Source of the DNA: Eimeria praecox
Lineage: Eukaryota
Direction of reading: 5' to 3'
DNA length: 64,000 nt
NCBI GenBank assembly: GCA_963920595.1
Contig: OY986950.1
Location: forward strand, 310,001 to 374,000
This document shows positions 1-11,500 of the stretch, piece by piece; position 1 is the first letter of the stretch, and every line of letters starts with the position of its first letter. A model generated the notes under the pieces. It searched no databases and was not told the DNA's origin. It saw only the letters and a list, made by a program, of their open reading frames with translations. The position numbers and the translations under genes were made by a program.

Positions 1-1340
1 AGTTGCTTGGGCATGGCTTTGAAGGGTCTGGAGAGTAGGTGTTATGCAGCGTGGGGTTATGATATGGGGCGTTGAGTGTAGTGGGCATTTTGCGTGGCTG
101 GGTGTGTGTATGTGCGTGTGTCTGTGTGTCTGTGCGTGTGTTTGTGGTGTTGGGAGTTTGGAAATATTGCGTGACGCTTGGTGTGCGCCTATGTTGGAGC
201 GTGGATGTTTGGCTGGTTGAGGGGATGTTTAGGGGTTTTGGGGGGCGTTTTGGATGGTGAGCGGGTGTGTACTGTATTTGATATGGAGGCAGACGGAGCA
301 GGGAGTGCGGAGCACTTGGGTATTTTAGGTTGACATGTGTATGTTGTGGTGATTTTGTGGTGATGCTGTGTGGGTAGCATATTGTGCGTGGTAGAGGGAG
401 CGAGCCTATTTGGCTAGTGTGGCAGGTAGAGGAGTTGCTTGGGTATGGCTTTGAAGGGTCTGGAGAGTAGGTGTTATGCAGCGTGGGGTTATGATATGGG
501 GCGGAGTGTGCAGTGGGCATTTTGCGTGGCTGGGTGTGTGTATGTGCGTGTGTCTGTGTGTGTGCGTGTGTTTGTGGTGTTGGGAGTTTGGAAATATTGC
601 GTGACGCTTGGTGTGCGCCTATGTTGGAGCGTGGATGTTTGGCTGGTTGAGGGGATGTTTAGGGGTTTTGGGGGGCGTTTTGGATGGTGAGCGGGTGTGT
701 ACTGTATTTGATATGGAGGCAGACGGAGCAGGGAGTGCGGAGCACTTGGGTATTAGGTTGACATGTGTATGTTGTGGTGATTTTGTGGTGATGCTGTGTG
801 GGTAGCATATTGTGCGTGGTAGAGGGCGCGTGCCTAGCTGGCTAGTGTGGCAGGTAGAGGAGTTGCTTGGGTATGGCTTTGAAGGGTCTGGAGAGTAGGT
901 GTTATGCAGCGTGGGGTTATGATATGGGGCGGAGTGTGCAGTGGGCATTTTGCGTGGCTGGGTGTGTGTATGTGCGTGTGTCTGTGTGTGTGCGTGTGTT
1001 TGTGGTGTTGGGAGTTTGGAAATATTGCGTGACGCTTGGTGTGCGCCTATGTTGGAGCGTGGATGTTTGGCTGGTTGAGGGGATGTTTAGGGGTTTTGGG
1101 GGGCGTTTTGGATGGTGAGCGGGTGTGTACTGTATTTGATATGGAGGCAGACGGAGCAGGGAGTGCGGAGCACTTGGGTATTAGTTTGACATGTGTATGT
1201 TGTGGTGATTTTGTGATGATGCTGTGTGGGTAGCATATTGTGCGTGGTAGAGGGCGAGTGCCTAGTTGGTTAGTGTGGCAGGTAGAGGAGTTGCTTGGGT
1301 ATGGCTTTGAAGGGTCTGGAGAGTAGGTGCTATGCAGCGT
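1..1340. repeat. Tandem array, ~428-bp unit, >=3.1 copies (truncated by window start), extremely G+T-rich on + strand
   Basis: AGTTGCTTGGG(C/T)ATGGCTTTGAAGGG recurs at 1, 433, 861, 1289. Identical ORFs at 439 and 867 (offset 428). Each unit holds a degenerate (GT)n tract and one TTTAGGG. Confidence 0.97.
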
Positions 1341-2701
1341 AGGGTTGTGTAATGTGGTGTTGTATGCGGGGGCGGGTGTGTGTTTGGGAGGCGAAGGCGT
1401 GGAAGTGAGGATGGAGGCTTGGCTGGCGTGGCGTTTAACTCCGGACAATGTAGGCTATATTCCACGCGGTTCTTCGTCATGGGGGGGATAGAATTTGGTT
1501 GGAATTCTGTGACCTAAAGAGATCGTCTGGTGGGTGTGTATACGGTAGGGACACGACTGGTGGGATAACCTACGAACGGTTAAATGGAGTTGGGCTGCTC
1601 GCTACAAGCCAGAGCAGAGCTCTTGTAAACAGTGCCTTGAGCGGATGGGTATAAAGCGGTGGGTTGAACGCCGGCGATGCAGGGGATGCCTGCTTCGCCA
1701 GTGATTGGATAAAACTGCCTGCTCCTGAAATTCGCGTGCGATATAAAACGGGGACAAGCGACTGTAGTGTCAATGAATATTCTCGGACAAAACGGCAATG
1801 AAAAGAACCTGGCAACTTCAATAATCTGAAGACTGCGCTAGTTTGCATGCACTGAGAGATTTCATGTATCTAGCCAGTAGTCACATCGAAATGGCTCGGA
1901 AGACGGGGAGGCGTTCGAAAAGATATATTGCTGGGTCATTGGCGGTGCACAGCGAGACGCGTTGTGATTATATGAACTGAAGGTGCGTTCTGGAGTTCAG
2001 GCAAAGCCAGTGCGTCATCGGTAATGCTGCCATGCCTTCCGATTGCACCCAACTTGAACAAGGGTGTTGAAGCGAATTTGCCACCACCTCTTATACAGTC
2101 TGGCCACGCATCAGAATCAGGCTGGATGCATTTGCGTCCATTGATGGAGCACAGAGTGGCCTGGAGGGGGGCGCCGTAGGCTGCTAAGGATTTAGGGCAA
2201 CCTAACAAGTGCGAGCAGGTAGTTTTGGATCCGTTGAGTGGCGAATAGTGAGGCTGCCTTATAATTAGCAGGCTACTCTTTCGTGGCTTGCTTGCCTGCG
2301 CCTTTGAGCGTTCTCTGCTGCCCAGAGGCACCGACTCCTCTCCCGGGCGATACTGTTGTCGAGCCAACCGTGTCCGCCATGATAGAACTCCTTTTAGAAC
2401 GCACTTGCAGGGCGCCATCCAGATGCTTCGTGGGGCTGGGAGGCATGGCGAAGTGTATGATGGTAGGTGTGCTAGTATCTGTGCACCGACATTTCTGGGG
2501 CGTTTACCAACTAAGCCCTGGACAGTTTACTGGCCATTGCCTCGCGTACCCAGGAGGTTTTAGGAGCAATGATAGATGCGTGATTATCATACCATATGCT
2601 TGTAGGGCAGGACACCCAAGACCAAGGGCACGCGCATCCAGTACCTTCCTGTGGCCTGGTGTAGGCTAGTATGATGTCCCTTGTTAGCCTTCCTACTTGA
2701 C
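1341..2701 (-). pseudogene. Highly decayed Ty3/gypsy pol fragment (RNase H to integrase)
   Basis: Minus-strand translations give HTYHHTLRH (~YTDHxSL), WRTRLARQQYRPG (~W..FL....I.YRPG), GVKRHASQAS (~GIKR..S.AYHP) and PAYNTTLH (~LAYNT..H), in canonical order, with stops and frameshifts. Confidence 0.55.
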
Positions 2702-5700
2702 TGGTTGTGCGCTGCTGGCAATGTGACGGCTGCCAAAGCGTCGTTGCTGGCCTCTGTGTGCGCTGTTGGTTGTACATGCAAGTGGGCGTTGTGAAAATGC
2801 AGATAGTTGCACGTGCGTATTGGGGGGCATTTCGCCACAGGCGCGAGCAGGGGTGTCTGATGCTGCGTCTGTAGCGAAGTCTAGTACCGTGTAAGTGAAT
2901 TGGTTTGGGGCGTTGTGCGGGATGAAGAGAAAGGTACAGTAGAGGTTTGGGCAGGTGCATTTGCTTGCATTTAGGAGATAGTGCTTTGGTGACCTGGGAT
3001 GGAACAGAAAGTGCGTGGGCGTTTAGGAGGTCGTAGGGGTCCACCGCATTTACGGAAGCGTTTTTCTGTTTTGGAACCAGGTACCTATTGTTGGTGCGCT
3101 AGAGGCATGCTAAATCAATTACCTGCGTTAGCCACTGGCTTTTGTGACATGTGTTGTTCCTGGGCGAGTGGCTTCTGCGGAGGGGAAATTTGTACTGCCT
3201 ATTACTGAACAGGCGTTGAGGCGTCACGTTGTGGCGATGTATGGCCCCTGCGCGGGGAACCAGTGGCAGGTACAGAGGCGTTAGGGTTTTTTAATTAGAG
3301 GGCGTCGAAGGAGCAGGGAGAGAACTGGATTCTATAGGAGTGCGCAGATGGGGTGGGTGTTGGTTGCACAGAAGTTGCTAGGGGCTGGCTATGCTTAGGG
3401 TTGAGCTGGATGTGTGCGGTTTGGAGGTTGGATGGCGTCTTGCCTTGTTGTTTGATGGTGGGGTGGAACGTCAGTGTCTCGTTTGTTGTGTCTGGCAGCA
3501 CTACGAAGGCATGAACTGCAAGCACCGTCCTGTGCATTGTAAAGGAGGTGATAAGGCGTATGGTGTTTTTGGGCATGCCAACGTAAGACGTATGGTGTTT
3601 TCGAGCATGCCAGCGTAATACAACGTTGAGATATTTTGGGGTCTTGGAGAACTGAATACGTCGCTTGACGCACGCTGCCAGCACACGTGAGCACGTGTGT
3701 GTTTGGCAGTGCAGATGGTCTGGTGATCTTGCAGCTGCTCTTTATTTGGTGGGCTTGCATTTGCTGGTTTTTGGCATACTGTGGGGTTGGCCGGTGTGAT
3801 GGCACGGATCGAGGTTGGGGGAGGCTTGCATGCGGGAGCATCCGTGGGCAACGCATTCGTGTTGGCGCGGCGTAGAGCACAGAAGAAGGGAGTGCGTTCG
3901 GCGTTGTTCCATTTCTGCACAGTCGGCTGTGTGTCGGGAAGTACCAGCTCAGGCAGTGTTTGCAAGGCTCTCACCGTCGTGTAGGCGGCAGCAATCGTTT
4001 TCAACGAGTAGCTTGCGCGCATTGACATTACCAGTGAGGGTGTGTGCTTATGTGCGCGAGGGTTGCTAGCTTGTGGCGCGAGCATGGCTACTGGCCACTG
4101 CAGGTTTTGACTTGACTGTGAGGGCGTATGCGTGTTGGAGGGTCTTTGGATGAGTGCGCATATGCAGGGGAAGCGTTGCATGGGGTGAAAAGCTGGGTGG
4201 CAGGCAACTGGGGGAGCGCTAGTAGGGTGCAAGGGGGTGATTTGGCTCTAGCCAGCGCCTTGCTATCCGGCCGTCTTGGGGGTGCGACGTTTGTTAGTAA
4301 ACGCTATGGGTTTGTGCAGGTGTGTGCAGGTGTTTGTGTGTAGGGATTACAGGTGTTCGAGCAAGACGTGGCTGTAGGTACTGCGTTGGCATAGCGTGGT
4401 GCTGACCATGATTGCGTATTCGTGGTTTATCAGTTGTGCATTGATGGCAATGTGAAGGCTGCCAAAGCGTCGTTGCTGGCCTCTGTGTGTGCTGTTGGTT
4501 GTACATGCAAGTGGGCGTTGTGAACGTGCAGATAGCTGCATGTGCGTATTGGGGGGCATTTCGCCACAGGCTCGGGCAGGGGTGTCTGATGCTGCGTCTG
4601 TAGCGAAGTCTAGTACCGTGTAAGTGAATTGGTTTGGGGCGTTGTGCGGGATGAAGAGAAAGGTACAGTAGAGGTTTGGGCAGGTGCATTTGCTTGCATT
4701 TAGGAGATAGTGCTTTGGTGACCTGGGATGGAACAGAAAGTGCGTGGGCGTTTAGGAGGTCGTAGGGGTCCACCGCATTTACGGAAGCGTTTTTCTGTTT
4801 TGGAACCAGGTACCTATTGTTGGTGCGCTAGAGGCATGCTAAATCAATTACCTGCGTTAGCCACTGGCTTTTGTGACATGTGTTGTTCCTGGGCGAGTGG
4901 CTTCTGCGGAGGGGAAATTTGTACTGCCTATTACTGAACAGGCGTTGAGGCGTCACGTTGTGGCGATGTATGGCCCCTGCGCGGGGAACCAGTGGCAGGT
5001 ACAGAGGCGTTAGGGCTTTTTAATTAGAGGGCGTCGAAGGAGCAGGGAGAGAACTGGATTCTATAGGAGTGCGCAGATGGGGTGGGTGTTGGTTGCACAG
5101 AAGTTGCTAGGGGCTGGCTATGCTTAGGGTTGAGCTGGATGTGTGCGGTTTGGAGGTTGGATGGCGTCTTGCCTTGTTGTTTGATGGTGGGGTGGAACGT
5201 CAGTGTCTCGTTTGTTGTGTCTGGCAGCACTACGAAGGCATGAACTGCAAGCACCGTCCTGTGCATTGTAAAGGAGGTGATAAGGCGTATGGTGTTTTGG
5301 GGCATGCCAACGTAAGACGTATGGTGTTTTCGAGCATGCCAGCGTAATACAACGTTGGGATATTTTGGGGTCTTGGAGAACTGAATACCTCGCTTGACGC
5401 ACGCTGCCAGCACACGTGAGCACGTGTGTGTTTGGCAGTGCAGATGGTCTGGTGATCTTGCAGCTGCTCTTTATTTGGTGGGCTTGCATTTGCTGGTTTT
5501 TGGCATACTGTGGGGTTTTCCGGTGTGATGGCACGGATCGAGGTTGGGGGAGGCTTGCATGCGGGAGCATCCGTGGGCAACGCATACGTGTTGGCGCGGC
5601 GCAGAGCACAGAAGCAGCGAGTGCGTGCGGCGTTGTTCCACTTCTGCACAGTCGGCTGTGTGTCGGGAAGTACCAGCTCAGGCAGTGTTTGCAAGGCTCT

Positions 5701-8324
5701 CACCGTCGTGTAGGCGGCAGCAACCGTTTTCAACGAGTAGCTTGCGCGCAGTGACATTACCAGTGAGGGTGTGTGCTTATGTGCGCGAGGGTTGCTAGCT
5801 TGTGGCGCGAGCATGGCTACTGGCCACTGCAGGTTTTGACTTGACTGTGAGGGCGTATGCGTGTTGGAGGGTCTTTGGATGAGTGCGCATATGCAGGGGA
5901 AGCGTTGCATGGGGTGAAAAGCTGGGTGGCAGGCAACTGGGGGAGCGCTAGTAGGGTGCAAGGGGGTGATTTGGCTCTAGGCAGCGTCTTGCTGTCTGGC
6001 CATCTTGGGGTGTGACGTTTGTTAGTAAACGCTATGGGTTTGTGCAGGTGTGTGCAGGCGTTTGTGTGTAGGGATTACAGGTGTTCGAGCAAGACGTGGC
6101 TGTAGGTACTGCGTTGGCATAGCGTGGTGCTGACCAGGATTGCGTGTTCGTGGTTTATCAGTTGTGCGTTGATGGCAATGTGAAGGCTGCCAAAACGTCG
6201 TTGCTGGCCTCTGTGTGTGCTGTTGGTTTGTACATGCAAGTGGGCGTTGTGAACGTGCAGATACCTGCATGTGCGTATTGGGGGGCATTTCGCCACAGGC
6301 TCGGGCAGGGGTGTCTGATGCTGCATCTGTAGCGAAGTTTTGTACCACGTAAGTGAATTGGTTTGGGGCGTTGTGTGCGACGAAGGGAAGGGTACAGTAG
6401 AGGTTTGGGCAGGTGCATTTGCATGCATTTAGGAGATAGAGCTTGGGTGACCTGGGATGGGACAGAAAGTGCGTGGGCGTTTAGGAGGTCGTAGGGGTCC
6501 ACCGCATTTACGGAAGCGTTTTTCTGTTTTGGAACCAGGTACCTATTGTTGGTGCGCTAGAGGCATGCTAAATCAATTACCTGCGTTAGCCACTGGCTTT
6601 TGTGACATGTGTTGTTCCTGGGCGAGTGGCTTCTGCGGAGGGGAAATTTGTACTGCCTATTACTGAACAGGCGTTGAGGCGTCACGTTGTGGCGATGTAT
6701 GGCCCCTGCGCGGGGAACCAGTGGCAGGTACAGAGGCGTTAGGGCTTTTTAATTAGAGGGCGTCGAAGGAGCAGGGAGAGAACTGGATTCTATAGGAGTG
6801 CGCAGATGGGGTGGGTGTTGGTTGCACAGAAGTTGCTAGGGGCTGGCTATGCTTAGGGTTGAGCTGGATGTGTGCGGTTTGGAGGTTGGATGGCGCCTTG
6901 CCTTGTTGTTTGATGGTGGGGTGGAACGTCAGTGTCTCGTTTGTTGTGTCTGGCAGCACTACGAAGGCATGAACTGCAAGCACCGTCCTGTGCATTGTAA
7001 AGGAGGTGATAAGGCGTATGGTGTTTTTGGGCATGCCAACGTAAGATGTATGGTGTTTTCGAGCATGCCAGCGTAATACAACGTTGAGATATTTTGGGGT
7101 CTTGGAGAACTGAATACGTCGCTTGACGCACGCTGCCAGCACACGTGAGCACGTGTGTGTTTGGCAATGCAGATGGTCTGGTGATCTTGCAGCTGCTCTT
7201 TATTTGGTGGGCTTGCATTTGCTGTTTTTTTGGCATACTGTGGGGTTTTCCGGTGTGATGGCACGGATCGAGGTTGGGGGAGGCTTGCATGCGGGAGCAT
7301 CCGTGGGCAACGCATACGTGTTGGCGCGGCGTAGAGCACAGAAGAAGGGAGTGCGTGCGGCGTTGTTCCATTTCTGCACAGTCGGCTGTGTGTCGGGAAG
7401 TACCAGCTCAGGCAGTGTTTGCAAGGCTCTCACCGTCGTGTAGGCGGCAGCAATCGTTTTCAACGAGTAGCTTGCGCGCATTGACATTACCAGTGAGGGT
7501 GTGTGCTTATGTGCGCGAGGGTTGCTAGCTTGTGGCGCGAGCATGGCTACTGGCCACTGCAGGTTTTGACTTGACTGTGAGGGCGTATGCGTGTTGGAGG
7601 GTCTTTGGATGAGTGCGCATATGCAGGGGAAGCGTTGCATGGGGTGAAAAGCTGGGTGGAAGGCAACTGGGGGAGCGCTAGTAGGGTGCAAGGGGGTGAT
7701 TTGGCTCTAGGCAGCGTCTTGCTGTCTGGCCGTCTTGGGGTGTGACGTTTGTTAGTAAACGCTATGGGTTTGTGCAGGTGTGTGCAGGCGTTTGTGTAGG
7801 GATTACAGGTGTTCGAACAAGACGTGGCTGTAGGTACTGCGTTGGCATAGCGTGGTGCTGACCATGATTGCGTGTTCGTGGTTTATCAGTTGTGCATTGA
7901 TGGCAATGTGAAGGCTGCCAATGCGTCGTTGCTGGCCTCTGTGTGTGCTGTTGGTTTGTACATGCAAGTGGGCGTTGTGAACGTGCAGATAACTGCATGT
8001 GCGTATTGGGGGGCATTTCGCCACAGGCTCGGGCAGGGGTGTCTGATGCTGCGTCTGTAGCGAAGTTTTGTACCACGTAAGTGAATTGGTTTGGGGCGTT
8101 GTGCGCGACCAAGAGAAGGGTACCGTGGATGTTTGGGCAGGTGCATTTGCTTGCATTTGGGAGATAGAGCTTGGGTGACCTGGGATGGAACAGAAAGTGC
8201 GTGGGCGTTTAGGAGGTCGTAGGGGTCCACCGCATTTACGGAAGCGTTTTTCTGTTTTGGAAACAGGTACCTATTGTTGGTGCGCTAGAGGCATGCTAAA
8301 TCAATTACCTGCGTCAGTCACTGG
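2702..8324. repeat. Tandem array, ~1729-bp unit, ~3.25 copies; unit = decayed protease C-terminus, linker and reverse transcriptase (minus strand)
   Basis: Equivalent ORFs at 2999/4728/6457/8185 and 3295/5024/6753. Confidence refers to the repeat; the RT origin is listed separately. Confidence 0.96.
3295..4110 (-). pseudogene. Decayed Ty3/gypsy reverse transcriptase domain (repeated at +1729 and ~+3458)
   Basis: Colinear motifs: LVLPDTQP (~LFPD.LP), APTRMRCPRMLP (~P.K...YRM.P), PKYL..VGMPK..TSF..FVVLP..TFHPTI (~AKYFS.LDL..IRM.K..KTAF..Y.VMPFG..ATFQ), IQFSPCSF (~K..KC.F). The catalytic YLDD position appears degraded to NLQT. Confidence 0.7.
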
Positions 8325-8583
8325 TTGGGGCTGGCAGTCGAGGGACGTGCGTGTGCTGACTGGCGTTGGAATGCTTTCTGGTGCATTTGCATGCGTTTGG
8401 CAACCTTTGGATATGCTGAACTGCGTGGGGGTGATATGTATGCACTGGCATCAGGGGCTTTGTGCAAAGGACGGGGGCATGGCCTTCCCTGTGAAGTTTC
8501 CCTATTCCTCGTCTGATGTGGATCCGAGCGAATCTTGTTTGGTCCACAATTGGGAGAGTACACGCGTTTGGGAGCTATCGTGC
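8325..8583 (-). pseudogene. Possible decayed retroviral-type aspartic protease N-terminus
   Basis: Minus strand 8464-8424 reads HKAPDASAYISP (~ALLDTGAS.SFIS), followed downstream by VDPYDLL (~VPYDL.LG.DWL). It sits between the putative gag array and the RT array. Confidence 0.45.
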
Positions 8584-11500
8584 ACCGGTGTGCGTCCGGT
8601 GCCTATGGATATGAAAGGAAGCGCGCTGGCTAGTAATGCTGTGATTCTTTGTATTTGCATGCGCAGCAAAAAAGAGAGAGCAATCTTGCAGTTACTCTCT
8701 GGCATAGTGCCGACGGGTTGGTCCTGCACGCGAAACGGTGTGGGGGAAGCCCATGCGTTTAGAAGATGCGTTTAGTTAGCAGTCATGAAAAGGGTGCATT
8801 GTCGGAGAAGGAGAGATGCGCTGGTCTGGCGAGTGGAGGGTTGCGCTCACTGGACCCGAGTGGCGGATGGAAACAGCAAGCGACGTAGGGTGAGCGGCAG
8901 GTGGCACGGCTGAGCTCAGTAGCCTAGCAGAGGCAGTTGTGAGGTGGCGAGCGGACAAGTGTGGGATGCAGTGTGGCAGCAGGCCTAGAGCGCCAGACAG
9001 AGCTTTCACAAGGCTGGTGCTTTTACCAGTGCATGCTGAGTTATGCTGCAGCGTTAACAGCGTGTTTGCAGGCCTATGCCACGTTGCTGTACTTGGCATT
9101 CAGGTGTGCATGCAAAGGGGCATTCCGCTAGTAACGACGAAACCATGTGCTGCGGTATATTAGTGAGGATCGGTGTTAAGCGTGTCAGACCATAAGGCAA
9201 GCGCAGACAGAAGGCCTTAGGGGTTTATAAAGAAATGCTTGCGGTGGCTTTCAGTGCATCATTGACGGTTTGCCGCATGGGCTGCTGGTTTCCCCAGAAA
9301 GCGCTTAGGGAATGGGGGTTTGCTCGCGCCGAGTGCACGTACAGCTCATTTTTTTGATAGGACTGTTGATGCCACTTAGGGCGGATATAAGGATATGGGT
9401 GCTCTTGGGGTGAGTTGCTGTCAGCCGTGCTGAGCCGCTTTGAGGTTGCTCGAGATCGTGCAGCAGTACATCTGCGGCTGTTAGTGGTTGTGCTGGAAAC
9501 AGCCTTCACAGCCAGTGGGTTTGCAATTTGTGTATCTGCACAGTGCAGCGGTGTTAGACGGCGACTTGGAGGGCTCCGGGCATGCGCTGCGCAAAAGGGG
9601 GACTAACTGCTGGTGCAGGCTGCCGTCAGCTAGCAAATTGGATTCAAGCTGTTGCCGAAGCACGCTAGCCCTTTGGGGTTCTGGTGCAGCGGTGTGAATC
9701 TGTGAATAAGACGCTTCGCTGCATCTCAGGCGAGTGCGACGCCGAAATAGGACCGGTGTGTGTCCGGTGCCTATGGATATGAAAGGAAGTGCGCTGGGTA
9801 GTATTGCTGTGTTTCTTTGTATTTGCATGCGCAGCAGAAAGGAGTGAGCAACCTTGCAGTTACTCTCTGGCATAGTGCCGACGGGTTGGTCCTGCACGCG
9901 AAACGGTGTGGGGGAAGCCCATGCGTTTAGAAGATGCGTTTAGTTAGCAGTCATGAAAAGGGTGCATTGTCGGAGAAGGAGAGATGCGCTGGTCTGGCGA
10001 GTGGAGGGTTGCGCTCACTGGACCCGAGTGGCGGATGGAAACAGCAAGCGACGTAGGGTGAGCGGCAGGTGGCACGGCTGAGCTCAGTAGCCTAGCAGAG
10101 GCAGTTGTGAGGTGGCGAGCGGACAAGTGTGGGATGCAGTGTGGCAGCAGGCCTAGAGCGCCAGACAGAGCTTTCACAAGGCTGGTGCTTTTACCAGTGC
10201 ATGCTGAGTTATGCTGCAGCGTTAACAGCGTGTTTGCAGGCCTATGCCACGTTGCTGTACTTGGCATTCAGGTGTGCATGCAAAGGGGCATTCCGCTAGT
10301 AACGACGAAACCATGTGCTGCGGTATATTAGTGAGGATCGGTGTTAAGCGTGTCAGACCATAAGGCAAGCGCAGACAGAAGGCCTTAGGGGTTTATAAAG
10401 AAATGCTTGCGGTGGCTTTCAGTGCATCATTGACGGTTTGCCGCATGGGCTGCTGGTTTCCCCAGAAAGCGCTTAGGGAATGGGGGTTTGCTCGCGCCGA
10501 GTGCACGTACAGCTCATTTTTTAGATAGGACTGTTGATGCCACTTAGGGCGGATATAAGGATATGGGTGCTCTTGGGGTGAGTTGCTGTCAGCCGTGCTG
10601 AGCCGCTTTGAGGTTGCTCGAGATCGTGCAGCAGTACATCTGCGGCTGTTAGTGGTTGTGCTGGAAACAGCCTTCACAGCCAGTGGGTTTGCAATTTGTG
10701 TATCTGCACAGTGCAGCGGTGTTAGACGGCGACTTGGAGGGCTCCGGGCATGCGCTGCGCAAAAGGGGGACTAACTGCTGGTGCAGGCTGCCGTCAGCTA
10801 GCAAATTGGATTCAAGCTGTTGCCGAAGCACGCTAGCCCTTTGGGGTTCTGGTGCAGCGGTGTGAATCTGTGAATGAGACGCTTCGCTGCATCTCAGGCG
10901 AGTGCGACGCCGAAATAGGACCGGTGTGTGTCCGGTGCCTATGGATATGAAAGGAAGTGCGCTGGGTAGTATTGCTGTGTTTCTTTGTATTTGCATGCGC
11001 AGCAGAAAGGAGTGAGCAATCTTGCAGTTACTCTCTGGCATAGTGCCGACGGGTTGGTCCTGCACGCGAAACGGTGTGGGGGAAGGCCATGCGTTTAGAA
11101 GATGCGTTTAGTTAGCAGTCATGAAAAGGGTGCATTGTCGGAGAAGGAGAGATGCGCTGGTCTGGCGAGTGGAGGGTTGCGCTCACTGGACCCGAGTGGC
11201 GGATGGAAACAGCAAGCGACGTAGGGTGAGCAGCAGGTTTCACGGCTGAGCTCAGTAGCCTAGCAGAGGCAGTTGTGAGGTGGCGAGCGGACAAGTGTGG
11301 GATGCAGTGTGGCAGCAGGCCTAGAGCGCCAGACAGAGCTTTCACAAGGCTGGTGCTTTTACCAGTGCATGCTGAGTTATGCTGCAGCGTTAACAGCGTG
11401 TTTGCAGGCCTATGCCACGTTGCTGTACTTGGCATTCAGGTGTGCATGCAAAGGGGCATTCCGCTAGTAACGACGAAACCATGTGCTGCGGTATATTAGT

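Noticed and set aside
1..1340. Telomere or telomeric repeat tract
   Set aside because: Only one TTTAGGG per 428-bp unit, and the polarity is opposite to that expected at a left chromosome end.
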